Assembly: GCF_018977255.1 (NCBI RefSeq)
Contig: NW_024704742.1
Coordinates: 51,214,001 to 51,278,000 of the forward strand
DNA: 64,000 nucleotides
Direction: 5' to 3'
Source of the DNA: Callorhinchus milii
Lineage: Eukaryota
Positions 62,481 through 64,000 of the stretch are shown piece after piece. Position numbers and translations under genes: made by a program. Under the pieces are notes generated by a model. It worked only from the letters and a program-made list of their open reading frames with translations. It ran no database searches and was not told the origin of the DNA. Numbering within the stretch: position 1 is the first letter of the stretch; every line of letters starts with the position of its first letter.

Positions 62481-64000
62481 CAACAACAACAACTCGACTC
62501 AGAGCCGGGGGGCAGTGACCATAAGCACAGCCGAAAAGCAAGGTTTTCAGGCGGGCCTTGAAAAAGGGAAGAGAGGGGGTAAGGCAAAGAAATTGAGGGA
62601 GAGTGTACTAAAGTTTCACAGAGTAGTGGCTGAATGTGCGACCTCCAATGGTTGAGAGGGTGCGAGGGACAAGCAAAAGGCCAGTGCCAGTCAAGTGGAG
62701 GGGCCGGGTGGTAGATTGGGGAGTGAGGAGGTCGGAGAGGTAGGGAGGTGCCAGGGAGTGAAGGGATTTGAACACAAGCGTGAGGATTTTGAAGTTGATC
62801 CATTCAGTGATGGGGAGCCAGTGGAGCCTGGACAGAACTGGTGAGAAGTGAGTACGGAGATTGGTCCGGGTCACTATGCGTACAACAGAGTTCTGAATGA
62901 GCTGGAATTTTTGAATAGGAAGGTGGTCCTGGTCAGGGACTGGATATGAGGAGGAAGGACAGCTGGAGGTCGAACTGGACGCCTATATTGCACACTGATT
63001 CCGTGAGTCTGAGGGAGAGGCTGTGGAGGTTGAGGAGTTCAGATCCGCAGGAGTGAAAACGTTGACGGGTGCTGAGGTGTATGGCTTCCGTCTTGTCCAC
63101 ATTCAGCTGCAGGAAGTTTGCGCTCATCCAGGCCTTAATGTCTGCCAGACAAGCTGATAGAACGTGGAGTTGCAGCTGGATGAGGCAAACTTGAGTTGTG
63201 TGTCATCCACATAAATGTGGAAGTTTACCCCATGTCTGCGGATGGCATCACCAAGAGGGAACATGTAAATGAGGAAAAGGGAACCAAGAATGGAACCCTG
63301 TGGGAGCCCGCAGGTGAGCGGGCAGGAGGAGAAACCATTTGCTGAGATTAAGTGGAGGTGGTTGCTTAAGTAGGACTCAAACCATACGCATATGGTCCCA
63401 CTAAGGTGGATGACGGAGGAGAGACTGGAGGAGGATGGCGTGGTCGACTGTGTCAAACATAGCAGAGATCCAGGCGGACGAGGAGACAGAAGGAGCCCTG
63501 GTCGCAGATAGAGAGGTCGTTTTTTTCGACTTTGACAAGCTCTGTCTCTCTTCATGCAGGTGATTGTGGTTGAGAGGGAGGAGGGAGAAACAGGGTCAAA
63601 GGAGGTTTAAGGAGGAGGGAGTAACAGGAGCTGCGGCGGAGGAAGAAGGCGGTGTGGATGGTCTGGGTGGGGTGGAAGGGGACAAGGGATGGGGGGACAA
63701 CAATGTCCCCAAGCAGATGCTTTCAATCTTTGAGGCGAAGAAGTCTAAGACCTCGTGGCATTTGATGTGAGGATAGAGGGGGCTTGAGGGGGTGCTCGGA
63801 GAAGTTGATGGACGGTGCAGAACAGTGTCTTTGAGTTGTTTTTGGCCTCCAGGATGACTTTGGAGTAAAAGTCAGTTTTGGCCTGTGAAAGGAAGAGGCA
63901 GTAGGTACAGAGGTGCTTGAGCCACAGATAGCGGTGAATCATGAGGCCGGATTACTGCCGTCTACACTCGAGGACCCAGGGTGGGGTTTTAATTGAGCGG
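62481..64000 (-). mobile_element. L2 LINE with internal deletions, runs off the right edge
   Basis: GLPQGSILGSLFLIYMFPLGDAIRRHGVNFHIYVDDTQL, MSANFLQLNVDKTEAI, LHWLPITEWINFKILTLVFKSLHSLAPPYLSDLL and AKTDFYSKVILEAKNNSKTLF in minus ORFs; close to 43698-45120. Confidence 0.92.

Noticed and set aside
1..64000. Prokaryotic-type systems (CRISPR arrays, operons, defence islands)
   Set aside because: No regularly spaced repeats or dense coding; the sequence is a spliced vertebrate locus.

Overview
Repeat-rich vertebrate genomic DNA. The CR1, L2, DeuSINE and Penelope repeat set points to a cartilaginous fish, possibly a chimaera (inference). The only host gene I can support is the 5' end of FRYL (furry-like) on the minus strand. 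Three coding exons (39371-39443, 16507-16706, 3702-3755; 73+200+54 nt) splice in frame through GT-AG introns to [109 protein letters not shown], and the gene continues off the left edge. The rest is intronic or upstream sequence filled with decayed CR1 and L2 LINEs, two or three SINE families, a Tc1/mariner-type MITE and a Penelope-like element (GIY-YIG remnant). Highlights: (1) three copies of a Penelope terminal repeat whose consensus is a minimal hammerhead ribozyme, two of them forming a ~230-bp head-to-head element with an apparent target-site duplication; (2) a FRY-like N-terminal exon that extends FRYL upstream of the usual MSN(I/V)TIDPD start; (3) a patchwork templated insertion built from several nearby segments. 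Most ORFs in the supplied track are transposon debris or chance ORFs. Repeat boundaries are approximate, and all family assignments are from memory and by-eye alignment, not from database searches.
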